Position numbers and translations under genes: made by a program. This document shows positions 45,736 through 54,510 of a stretch of DNA of 64,000 bases, piece by piece; position 1 is the stretch's first letter, and each line of letters opens with the position of its first letter. The notes under the pieces are model-generated. The model was not told the DNA's origin. It saw only the letters and a list, made by a program, of their open reading frames with translations, and did no database searches. The stretch covers positions 5,794-69,793 of the forward strand of contig JBBRCD010000003.1 in the NCBI GenBank assembly GCA_038205245.1. Direction: 5' to 3'. The stretch comes from Burkholderiales bacterium (lineage in GTDB: Bacteria > Pseudomonadota > Gammaproteobacteria > Burkholderiales > CAIKXV01).

Positions 45736-47832
45736 ATGACCTCCCTTTCTGAAGCACTGTTCGCCCCGAAGTGCGTCGCATTGATCGGCGCCTCGGGAGA
45801 CGCGACCAAGAACACCGCCCGTCCGCAGCGCTTCATGCGCAGGCACGGCTTCACCGGCACCCTGCTGCCGATCAACCCGGGGCGATCGACCATCCTCGGC
45901 GAGCCTGCCTATCCGACCCTGGACGCCGCTCAGGCGGCGGCAGACCGCCCGATCGACCATGTGTTCATCATGACCCCGGCGGACACCGTGCTTGCCATCG
46001 TGCGCGACTGTGTTCGGCTGAAGGTGCCGGTGGCCACCATGTTCAGCGACGGCTTTGCCGAGCGCGGCGAACTCGGGCGCAGACTGCAGGGCGAAATCGT
46101 GTCGGCCGCACAGGCCGGCGGCCTGCGTCTGCTCGGCCCGAACGCGATCGGCGTCATCGACACCCATGCCAACTCACCGCTCACCTGCAATGCCACCTTC
46201 GAGGGCGATCTTCTGATCCGCGGCAACCTGGGCATCGTCTCCCAGAGCGGCAGCATGATGGGCTCGGTGATGTCCCGGGCACAGGCGCGTGGATTAGGCT
46301 TCTCGCGTCTGGTCTCGGTCGGCAACGAGTGCGACATCGGGGTCGGCGAACTGGTCGAGATGCTGGTCGACGATCCGCATACCAGCGCGATCCTGCTGTT
46401 TCTCGAGACCTTCCGCGATGCGCCCCGGCTCGCCGCTGCAGCACGTCGCGCGCATGCCGAGGGCAAGCCGGTGATCGTCTACAAGCTGGGACGGTCGGCG
46501 ATCGGCCAGGAGCTCGCGGCCTCGCACACCGGGGCGATGACCGGCGCCGACGATACTGCCGATGCCTTTTTCCGGGCGAACGGGATCGTCCGGGTGAACA
46601 CGCTCGAAGGCCTGCTGGAAACTGCCGCGTTGCTGATCCGTTTTCCGCTCTCGAAACGTCCGGCCGCGGCGCGGCGCCGGGTGAGCGTGGTCACCACGAC
46701 CGGTGGCGGCGGCGCGACGGTGGTCGATCAACTCGGGCTGTATGACATCGAGATCGTGCCACCGAACGCGACGGTCATCGCGCATCTGGCGGAAAAGAAC
46801 ATCCATGTCGGCCAGGCGCCGATGGTCGATTTGACCCTCGCCGGCACGAAAAAGGAGATCTACAGCGCGGTCCTGGAGGCGCTGCTCGCCTCGGACGACT
46901 GCGACGCAGTGCTTGCCGTGGTCGGCTCGAGCGCGCAGTTCCATCCTCAACTCGCGGTCGAGCCGATCCTCGGCGCTCGCCCGACCAAGCCGTTGTTGGT
47001 GTTCATCGCTCCGGCTGCCGAGATCTCGCTCGACCTGCTGCGCGCCGGGCAGGTGCCGGCGTTCCGCACGCCTGAGAGCTGCGCCGATGCCCTGCGCAGC
47101 TATTTCGACTGGCAGCCGCCGGCCGCATTGCCGGTCGCGGCTGCTGGCGTGCTCGACGCAGCCCGGCCATTGCTCGACGCCGCGCGCGGCACCACGCTCA
47201 ACGAGCGTGACGCGAACGCGGTGTTCGCCGCCCTTGGCATCCCGGCGGCCGCCTCGCAGGTGCTGACCCGGCCGGACGAGCTGTCATCGATCGACTATCC
47301 GGTCGTCGCCAAGGTGCTCTCGCCTGATGTGCTGCACAAGACCGATGCTGGTGGCGTGGTGCTCGGCATCCCTGACGCGGCGCGGCTGAAGGACGCCTGT
47401 GGCCGCATCCTGGACAACGTGCGCGCGAACCACCCGCACGCCCGGATCGACGGATTGCTGGTGCAGAAGATGGAGCGCGGCCTGGCCGAGGTGATCCTGG
47501 GCTACCGGCGCGACCCGCTGGTCGGTCCGGTGGTGATCGTCGGCGCTGGCGGTACGCTGGCCGAAATCTACAAGGACTACTCGATCCGCTGTGCCCCGGT
47601 CGACTACGCCGAGGCCTGCCGGATGATCGCCGAGGTAAAGGCGCTGGCGCTGGTGCGCGGCTATCGCGGTCTGCCAGAAGGCGATGTCGATGCGCTGGCT
47701 GCGGCTGTGGTTGCCTTTTCCGCATTGGCTCAGGACACCCGGGTACTCGAGGCCGAGATCAACCCGCTGCTGGTCAAGCCTGCTGGCGATGGCGTGATCG
47801 CAGTCGACGGACTGCTGGTGAGCGGCCCCTGA
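45736..47832 (+). CDS. Acetate--CoA ligase family (NDP-forming acyl-CoA synthetase)
   Basis: ALIGAS, GPNAIG, SQSG, SVGNE, SHTGAM (phospho-His), HKTDAGGV, EINPL. Confidence 0.92.
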   Translation: MTSLSEALFAPKCVALIGASGDATKNTARPQRFMRRHGFTGTLLPINPGRSTILGEPAYPTLDAAQAAADRPIDHVFIMTPADTVLAIVRDCVRLKVPVATMFSDGFAERGELGRRLQGEIVSAAQAGGLRLLGPNAIGVIDTHANSPLTCNATFEGDLLIRGNLGIVSQSGSMMGSVMSRAQARGLGFSRLVSVGNECDIGVGELVEMLVDDPHTSAILLFLETFRDAPRLAAAARRAHAEGKPVIVYKLGRSAIGQELAASHTGAMTGADDTADAFFRANGIVRVNTLEGLLETAALLIRFPLSKRPAAARRRVSVVTTTGGGGATVVDQLGLYDIEIVPPNATVIAHLAEKNIHVGQAPMVDLTLAGTKKEIYSAVLEALLASDDCDAVLAVVGSSAQFHPQLAVEPILGARPTKPLLVFIAPAAEISLDLLRAGQVPAFRTPESCADALRSYFDWQPPAALPVAAAGVLDAARPLLDAARGTTLNERDANAVFAALGIPAAASQVLTRPDELSSIDYPVVAKVLSPDVLHKTDAGGVVLGIPDAARLKDACGRILDNVRANHPHARIDGLLVQKMERGLAEVILGYRRDPLVGPVVIVGAGGTLAEIYKDYSIRCAPVDYAEACRMIAEVKALALVRGYRGLPEGDVDALAAAVVAFSALAQDTRVLEAEINPLLVKPAGDGVIAVDGLLVSGP

Positions 47833-47834
47833 CT

Positions 47835-47915
47835 CGCCAGGTCTGAACGTCGCCAGGTCTGAACGTCGCCGGGTCTGAACGTCGCCGAGTCTCAACTGCG
47901 CTGAGTCTGAACCCC
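47835..47915. repeat. 16-bp tandem repeat TCGCC(A/G)GGTCTGAACG x3 plus degenerate copies
   Basis: Read directly, immediately after the ligase stop codon. Confidence 0.8.
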
Positions 47916-48033
47916 ACTTTGTGATAACCGGGGTATCGGAACGAACCGCGCCGCGCTAGCATGCTGGGTCTCAGCGGCTGATTACATGCTTCGTGGATGT
48001 TCGGCTCGCTGCGCGTTGAAAGCGTGGGTGCCG

Positions 48034-49230
48034 ATGGCTGTGCTGCTGAAGAACGGGCCGGACGAACTCCAGCACTGGGTCGAAGACCTGGGCAGACGTC
48101 TGCTCGACCCTGCCGTGGACGCGCTGGCCCCACCGCTGGCCGGCGTGCGCCTTCCCCGGCCGGCACGGGCATTCACCGAATTCGCGGTCTCGGGCCTGCC
48201 TCCGCGGGACGACGACGACATGCTGGCGATGTTTACGCTCGCGCGAGCCGGCATCCGGATTGCGCATGTCGTCACCTCGCCCTGGTACTTCACCTTCAGC
48301 CGGGACATCGCCAGGCGCGCACGCTGGGCTGCCGACTGGCAGGCGTCGCGCAGGCCGCTCGGGCAAGGCGAGGCAGACAAGGCGCGTGGCGACTTTGCCC
48401 GTCTGACTGGCGCGCTGTTCGACCGCAGCGAAGGCTTCAGCGTGCACGATATCCTGGAGACACATGCAATCGTCGATGGCCTGCAGGCTTCGATGGCACG
48501 ACCGACCCCGCTGGCACAGTATCAGCTCGCCCTCGAGCTATACCGCGAATCGCCCGCCAGTCTGGCGCTGATTTCGCACCTCATCGAGCAGTGCGGGGTG
48601 GACATCGCGCTGCCGCTGGCAACGCGCCTGTGCACGGTCGCGCTGAAGTTCCCGTTCCCGTCCATCGCGCTGCGCGATCTGCTGCACTCGGTCGAAGTCA
48701 AGCGCGAGCGTGCTGGCGATCTGGTCGCTATGGACGCCCAACGGTTCTTCGCGGCGTGCCGGCTGGACCCGGCCGGCTCTGCGAAGTCGACCCGGGAATT
48801 GCGGGTCGAGCGGCGCTCCAGCCGTGGGGCTGAGCCCGCCGACGGCCAGTCGGAGCGCAGGTCCAGCCCGGTTGCAGCCCGATCGACGAAACGGCAGACC
48901 GATCAGCCTTTGCTCGAGACCCGGGGTTGGGGCGAGACCATGCGCCAGTATTTCGACCGCTACGAGGCACTGCCCAGCACAGAGGACAAGCTGCTCTCGG
49001 CGATTCACCCGATGCGCCCGGTGGCCGCTGAAGCCACGGTTGACGCCAGCCCGCCGTTTCGCCCAGCCTGGGTGCTATACGCCGACGGCCAGATCGCCGA
49101 CCTGAGAGCCGACGCCGGCGATCTGGCCGACCTTGCGCGCTGGGTCACGGCGGCGCTTCATTTGTTGGACGGATTGGCCTGGCTCAGTCAACCGGCGGGC
49201 AGCCCCCCCCGACCTTCGCCCTCACCGTAA
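48034..49230 (+). CDS. Hypothetical protein
   Basis: About 400-codon ORF with protein-like composition filling an otherwise empty region; no motif recognised; start uncertain. Confidence 0.6.
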   Translation: MAVLLKNGPDELQHWVEDLGRRLLDPAVDALAPPLAGVRLPRPARAFTEFAVSGLPPRDDDDMLAMFTLARAGIRIAHVVTSPWYFTFSRDIARRARWAADWQASRRPLGQGEADKARGDFARLTGALFDRSEGFSVHDILETHAIVDGLQASMARPTPLAQYQLALELYRESPASLALISHLIEQCGVDIALPLATRLCTVALKFPFPSIALRDLLHSVEVKRERAGDLVAMDAQRFFAACRLDPAGSAKSTRELRVERRSSRGAEPADGQSERRSSPVAARSTKRQTDQPLLETRGWGETMRQYFDRYEALPSTEDKLLSAIHPMRPVAAEATVDASPPFRPAWVLYADGQIADLRADAGDLADLARWVTAALHLLDGLAWLSQPAGSPPRPSPSP

Positions 49231-49265
49231 GCCGGGGCCCACCTCGGCCAATGAACGCGGGCGCG

Positions 49266-51167
49266 TCACCGCTGCCGCTGGATAAACTCGATCACCCGCT
49301 GCATCGTGGGCGTGTCGTCATCGAACCCGCCATGGGTAGTGCTGGTGCTGGTTTTCCCGGGCGCCTCATGGATCACGGTATTGCGAGGTGTGGTGAGTCT
49401 GTCGAAATACTTCTGCATGCCAAGAATCGGCGTCCGCTTGCCGCCTTCGAACGATTCCGACACCAGATAGAGCAATGACCGGCGGTAGGGTCCACAGGTC
49501 GGATCCTCCTGCTCGGCCTTGTCGGTCAGGTGGAACTGCTGATAGCGCCGCACTGCCCCGTCGTCCAGCCGTTTTCGAATCGTTGCGTCGAACAGGCGCG
49601 TGGTAACTGCGGGTGCCATGAAGCTGACCGATTCGAACTTCATGCCAGCAGCCGCCAGACGATCGGCGATGTAGCAATGCACGATGCTGCCCGCCGAGTG
49701 CCCAACCAGATGGAAGCGCACCGGTTGGGTGGCATTCTGCGAGGCGGCGAACGCCTGGTAGAGGAGGATCGCGCCGGAATCGGCATGGGCCGGATCGCTG
49801 ATCGCCTCGGCGTTCTGCTTCATCTCGCCCCACAGTTGCGTGCCCCAGGAGGCGAGTGCGCGCTCCAACCGGGTGTTCCACCAGCGCCCGATGCTGGCCC
49901 AGAACCCGTCACCGGCACCGGTTGTCCGGGGCACATAGCGCAGATGATCTGACAGGCGGTCGACCACGGTGCTCAGGAAATCGGTCTCCCACATCAGGAC
50001 CACCGGGAATATCTTCCGGTCGTACAGCGCAGGCACCCAGCGCGCGGCAGTCGCCGCCGCAGCGCTTTCGCCGACCAGTCCGCCATCGGCATAGACGCAT
50101 ACGTCGATCGGACCACTGCCCAGCCGCCAGCGCCTGCGCGCCTCGGCCAGATGCACGCCGACCAGGGCCTCGATGTCGCCAGGCGTGGTACGGAACTGGC
50201 CGCTGGTCGACAACTTGCCGTTGTTCTGCATGTTCACTATGAACGGCGAGATCTCCCGATCGCGCAAGGTCGTGTTGAAGGACACCTTGACATGCCGGCG
50301 ATCGTCCAGGCGCAGGGTGACATTGCGGGCGATCTCCATTCGCTCCTGGGTCGAAACGCCCAGTTGCGCGACCCAGCAGTCCATCGCGTTGGCAAGCCAG
50401 TCCCGGTAAGTGAGGATCGCGTAGCCATAAGCGCCCCAGGCGGTATCCCAGGAGTTCTGGATCAGGAAGCCCTGGTCGTTGTAGCCGACAAGCGCGATCG
50501 CGTGCCCGCCTGCGCTGCCTGGCTTGTACGGGATTACGAACAGGTTCTGGTCGAACGATTTCGGGCGGGCTTTCCAGATTCCCTCCTTGCGCCCGCCCGC
50601 ATTGCCAGCGTCCCAGCCCTTGTGGGTATCGGTGCTCGCATAGACGATGCCGACCTCGTTCAACGCGGCATGAATGTCGGCAATCTGCTTGATGTCGATT
50701 CGGTAGTAGGCCCCGAGGGGTCGGGTGACCGCATCCAGCCACCAGTCGTCCGCGGGGTCCTGGGTTGCCGGCGGCATGCTGCCGACACCGGTCGTCCACA
50801 GGCGGTCTGCGCAGGCGCCATGCTTCTGCCAGCCCTTGAGTGCGGCGCGCAACGTCGAGCCCTCGTCCTTCGATCCCGGAAATTCATCGTAGCGGCGCGC
50901 CATCCAGTACAACATGTAGGGCGAGATCGCCGCGCCCTTGTCGCGGGCGGACCGGCGCAGCAGGTATTCGACCACCAGCGACAGCGAGAAGCCGGTGCAG
51001 GCGCTCGTGTCATGCTGATTCTTGACCGGCAGCGGCAGGTCTGGAAACAGTGACGGCCTGGGCGCCACGCCGACCGCGGCGCGAAACGGCAGATCGCGAA
51101 AATCGACTGCGTCGGGCTGCACATTGCGCACCCTGGGTCGCCTGGGTAGCGCTTTCCTGGCGGCCAT
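49266..51167 (-). CDS. Papain-like C1 cysteine peptidase fused to a C-terminal alpha/beta-hydrolase-like domain
   Basis: Q.....CTGF, GGHAIALVGY, QNSW (intact Cys/His/Asn); C-terminal HLVGHSAGS elbow and HGGFDDD; GGAGG RBS. Confidence 0.85.
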   Translation of the reverse strand: MAARKALPRRPRVRNVQPDAVDFRDLPFRAAVGVAPRPSLFPDLPLPVKNQHDTSACTGFSLSLVVEYLLRRSARDKGAAISPYMLYWMARRYDEFPGSKDEGSTLRAALKGWQKHGACADRLWTTGVGSMPPATQDPADDWWLDAVTRPLGAYYRIDIKQIADIHAALNEVGIVYASTDTHKGWDAGNAGGRKEGIWKARPKSFDQNLFVIPYKPGSAGGHAIALVGYNDQGFLIQNSWDTAWGAYGYAILTYRDWLANAMDCWVAQLGVSTQERMEIARNVTLRLDDRRHVKVSFNTTLRDREISPFIVNMQNNGKLSTSGQFRTTPGDIEALVGVHLAEARRRWRLGSGPIDVCVYADGGLVGESAAAATAARWVPALYDRKIFPVVLMWETDFLSTVVDRLSDHLRYVPRTTGAGDGFWASIGRWWNTRLERALASWGTQLWGEMKQNAEAISDPAHADSGAILLYQAFAASQNATQPVRFHLVGHSAGSIVHCYIADRLAAAGMKFESVSFMAPAVTTRLFDATIRKRLDDGAVRRYQQFHLTDKAEQEDPTCGPYRRSLLYLVSESFEGGKRTPILGMQKYFDRLTTPRNTVIHEAPGKTSTSTTHGGFDDDTPTMQRVIEFIQRQR

Positions 51168-51231
51168 GCTGTCCTCCCGGGTTTGCCGATCAGTGTGTGC
51201 GCAACGCTAGTCCTCGCTTCAGGGCGAGTCA

Positions 51232-51275
51232 ATCCTGGGCTGCCGACATCCTGGGCTGCCGACATCCTGGGCTGC
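51232..51275. repeat. 16-bp tandem repeat ATCCTGGGCTGCCGAC, about 3 copies
   Basis: Read directly. Confidence 0.8.
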
Positions 51276-51287
51276 GGCCCGAGCGCT

Positions 51288-51380
51288 GGCTCGGCGCTGG
51301 CCATGGTTGGCTGCGTCGAAAGCGAGAAGTCGGACCTGATCATCATCGGCACCGAAAGTCCGAGCCGCGACACGGTGAAC
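51288..51380 (+). pseudogene. Internal fragment of a NasT-like (ANTAR) response regulator
   Basis: VESEKSDLIIIGTESPSRDTV resembles the NasT receiver segment (V....PDVI.IDTESP.RD). Confidence 0.5.
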
Positions 51381-51452
51381 AGCCCGGAGTCACCACCAGC
51401 GGCGCTTCACGGAACGACATCAGATCGAAAGCAGCGCAGAATCACCCGCAGG

Positions 51453-51682
51453 ATGAATGCGATCGAAGCAATCAAGGAAGTCGGCCGAGGCCGTGAGCCG
51501 GCGCGCGCCCTGGATCGCGACCAGGCGCAGGCGATCTTCGGGCAGATGCGGGGCGGCAGGAGTCGGCGCTCGCCCACCGCGAGCGGGTGCCCGCGCCGAT
51601 CCAGGCAAAGGCCGACTGCATCATGCGTGGCGCAGCCACTTCGAGCATGCCGCGCCCTGCCATGGAGGAAAGCCTGAGATGA
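51453..51682 (+). pseudogene. ybiB: Internally deleted YbiB (TrpD2-like) gene
   Basis: N-terminus MNAIEAIKEVGRGREPARALDRDQAQAIFGQM is joined out of frame to a C-terminus-like ESALAHRERVPAPIQAK, which ends at a TGA overlapping the trxC ATG. Confidence 0.65.
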
Positions 51683-52116
51683 GCGAGTCACTGCACCTGG
51701 TCTGCCCGCACTGCCAGTCAATCAACCGCGTGCCTGAGGCGCGCCTTGCCCAGGCGCCCAAATGCGGCCAATGCCATGAAGCGCTGTTCACCGGCCAGCC
51801 GACGGCGCTCACCGAAGCGACCTTCGACCGGCAGATCGGGCGCAACGACATCCCGGTGCTGGTGGATTTCTGGGCACCCTGGTGCGGTCCATGCCGGATG
51901 ATGGCGCCCCACTTCGCGCAGGCGGCCGCACAACTCGAACCGCGGATGCGTCTGGCCAAGGTGGACACCGAGGCCGAGCCCGGACTCGGATCCAGACATG
52001 CCGTGCGCAGCATCCCGACCCTGGCGCTGTTTCGCCACGGCCGCGAGGTCGCCCGGCAGGCGGGCGCGATGCAGCTTCAGGATATCGTGCGTTGGGCGGG
52101 CAGCCAGGACAGTTGA
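51679..52116 (+). CDS. trxC: Thioredoxin 2 (zinc-finger thioredoxin)
   Basis: CPHC..CGQC zinc site, WCGPC active site; GGAGG RBS. Confidence 0.95.
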   Translation: MSESLHLVCPHCQSINRVPEARLAQAPKCGQCHEALFTGQPTALTEATFDRQIGRNDIPVLVDFWAPWCGPCRMMAPHFAQAAAQLEPRMRLAKVDTEAEPGLGSRHAVRSIPTLALFRHGREVARQAGAMQLQDIVRWAGSQDS

Positions 52117-52338
52117 GGCGGTCGCTACGGCCTGCGCGGAATCTCGCCCGCCTGCCTGCTCGGAGTGCTTCACGAACCATCAGCGGCAGTGTGCCGGCAA
52201 GCAGGATTCGCCGGACGTTCCTGCACCATGACGATATCGTCAGTGGATCGGCTATCCTCCCGCGTTCGCCGGTCAGCGGCTGTTGCCACCGACCGGTCGT
52301 CCGTTACCTGCTTTCCATCGACCTGGGAGTGTTTCTCC

Positions 52339-53310
52339 ATGCCTACCCGCCGCGATCTGCTGATCGGAACGACCGCCTTTGCCTCCGCCTATGTTGCCGG
52401 CACGATGATGCCGTTGTGGGCACAGAACGCCCCCAACTTCGGCGTGCCAACCCCGCCGGTGGTCGGCTTTCGCCGGATGAAGATGGGTGATGTCGAGATC
52501 ATCGCGCTCAACGATGGGGTGGTACGCCGTCCGCTGGCGGAGGAGTTCGTGCGCAACGCGCCGATGACGCAGGTGCAGGAGGCACTCAAGGCGCAGGCCC
52601 TGCCCACCGAGTTCATCGACATCCCGTACACCGCATTTCTGGTTGTCGCCGGCAATCGGCGCATCCTGATGGACGTTGGATTCGCCGACAACGGACCGTC
52701 GACCACCGGGCGCCTGGCGATGAACCTCGCGGCCGCCGGCTTCAAGCCGGAGGATATCGACACCGTGCTGATCAGCCACTACCACGGCGATCATATCGGT
52801 GGCCTGCGCAACAAGGCCGGCCAGCTCTCGTTCCCGAAAGCACGCATCTTCGTGCCGGCAGCCGAGCACGCCTTCTGGATGGACGACGCCAGAATGAACG
52901 CCGCCCCTGAAGGCGCGCGCGGTGGCTTCATGACTGCCCGCCGTGTGTTCGGCGGCCTGACCCCGGAGCAGCTGACGTTGTTCACCCCGGGTGGTGAAAT
53001 GGCCCCGGGCGTCGCCTCGATGGCAGCCTACGGCCATACGCCCGGACATACGCTCTACACAGTACGCTCAGGCGGCCAGAGCTTCATCTTCGTCGCCGAT
53101 CTCACCAATATCCCGCAGCTCTTTGCACGCAACCCGGACTGGGCGGTGCAGTTCGACATGAACGCCGAGCAGGCACGCGATGTCCGCCGCAAGGTGTTCG
53201 AGATGGTGGTCAAGGAGAACATGCTGACCGGTGGCTACCACTTTCCATTCCCGGCATTTGGCACCGTGAGTCGTCTGGGCAGCGGCTTCGAGTTCAAGGC
53301 GGTCGCCTAG
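52339..53310 (+). CDS. Tat-exported MBL-fold metallo-hydrolase
   Basis: TRRDLL twin-arginine signal; SHYHGDHIGG, GHTPGH, HFPFP. Confidence 0.9.
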   Translation: MPTRRDLLIGTTAFASAYVAGTMMPLWAQNAPNFGVPTPPVVGFRRMKMGDVEIIALNDGVVRRPLAEEFVRNAPMTQVQEALKAQALPTEFIDIPYTAFLVVAGNRRILMDVGFADNGPSTTGRLAMNLAAAGFKPEDIDTVLISHYHGDHIGGLRNKAGQLSFPKARIFVPAAEHAFWMDDARMNAAPEGARGGFMTARRVFGGLTPEQLTLFTPGGEMAPGVASMAAYGHTPGHTLYTVRSGGQSFIFVADLTNIPQLFARNPDWAVQFDMNAEQARDVRRKVFEMVVKENMLTGGYHFPFPAFGTVSRLGSGFEFKAVA

Positions 53311-53326
53311 CCCAAGTTTGTCACTT

Positions 53327-53401
53327 GGCACTACGACATCCAATGGAATCAACAAGTTAGGCCGGGATTGCGGCGCGTATGGCACTACTTCTGTGTTGTG
53401 C
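53327..53401 (+). other. Candidate attI-like tyrosine-recombinase site
   Basis: GCACTAC-6 bp-GTTGTGC inverted core at 53382-53401, GTTAGGC at 53356, and a direct repeat of GGCACTAC at 53327. Confidence 0.4.
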
Positions 53402-53488
53402 CGCGCGCTGTCGTGCTGAGCGCCGGACTGCCCTCACACGACCACTCGATGGCTACCGCCAGCCAGCGTGATGGGGGTCACGCGTGAT

Positions 53489-54420
53489 GGGGGTCAGGTC
53501 TCCCTTTTCCCCTCCCGCTGCACGATTCGGCCGATCTGGGATACCGACAGATCCGTGAACCGACCAATCGCGCTCATCGTATGACCCCCGCCGCGGTAGG
53601 CAAGGGAGATGGCCCGATCGCGATCACCTTGGCACTGCTGCAGACAGCGCGCCCAGTCGATGCGCGGCTGGCGATGCGCGCGTGGAACTTCTCGATCAGA
53701 ACGCAGCGCCGGGGCGGCCAGCGCCTGCATGCGTTCAACGAAATCTTCGTCGCCAAGGAACACTTGCGACCGCAAGGCTGCTTGCCAGAAGCTGGTGTCG
53801 TCGTCCCTGGCGCTGTCCACTAGAGTGGCATAGCGTCTTTGGGCCCACGTGCGATCGCGCGCGCTGGCCACAGGGCGGCCCATCAGGTAGCCGTACAGGC
53901 CGGCGCAATCCAGCCAGGCCGGTGCCGGCGCCGCGCCGATGTGGGCACGGTAGCTGGACCAAGCCCAGTCCTCGGGCCGCGCTACCAGCCCGGCGGCCAC
54001 CGGGTTACGCTCGACGTAACGGCATAAGGCAAGCAAGTAAGCGTCGCGGTCAACGATGATGGCTTTGAACCGCCCCTGCAGCAAATGCCCCACCAATGCG
54101 TGGCGTCGGTTGAAGGCCTGCGTATAGACCCCGTTGAGATGCCGCATCAGGCGCGATAAGTTCGGCTGTCGCGTGTGCAGGACGAGGTGATAGTGATTAC
54201 CCATCAGGCAGTGGCTGAGCACCTCGCCATCAAAGCGGTCAAGCGCCGTCCCCAACACGTCGAGAAAGCAGAGCCGATCTTCTTCGTCGCGGAAGATCGG
54301 TTCGCGCCGGTCGCCCCGCGACGTCACGTGATAGACGGCGCCTGCGAACTCGATGCGTAGGGGACGACTCATGGTAAGGAGTGTCGGGCGAAGAGAGGGG
54401 AAATGCAAGACCTGACCCCC
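53489..54420. mobile_element. Y1/RAYT gene unit bounded by 26-bp imperfect terminal inverted repeats
   Basis: Left end GGGGGTCAGGTCTCCCTTTTCCCCTC versus reverse complement of the right end GGGGGTCAGGTCTTGCATTTCCCCTC (23/26 identical). Each end is locally duplicated (53466-53496; 54406-54452). Confidence 0.75.
53494..54372 (-). CDS. Y1 HUH transposase-like (REP-associated tyrosine transposase type) protein with a C-terminal HTH
   Basis: MSRPLRIEF.GAVYHVTSRG, LMGNHYHL (HUH), QGRFKA, RYVERNPV (catalytic Tyr), WAWSSY; C-terminal HTMSAIGRFTDLSVSQIGRIV HTH. Confidence 0.9.
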   Translation of the reverse strand: MSRPLRIEFAGAVYHVTSRGDRREPIFRDEEDRLCFLDVLGTALDRFDGEVLSHCLMGNHYHLVLHTRQPNLSRLMRHLNGVYTQAFNRRHALVGHLLQGRFKAIIVDRDAYLLALCRYVERNPVAAGLVARPEDWAWSSYRAHIGAAPAPAWLDCAGLYGYLMGRPVASARDRTWAQRRYATLVDSARDDDTSFWQAALRSQVFLGDEDFVERMQALAAPALRSDREVPRAHRQPRIDWARCLQQCQGDRDRAISLAYRGGGHTMSAIGRFTDLSVSQIGRIVQREGKRET

Positions 54421-54510
54421 CCGCACGGCACAAGACCTGACCCCCCGCACGGGCCAGCGTGCCGCCAGCCACAGCCGCCGCAGGGGCTGCACGCGCTGAT
54501 GCCACTGGCT

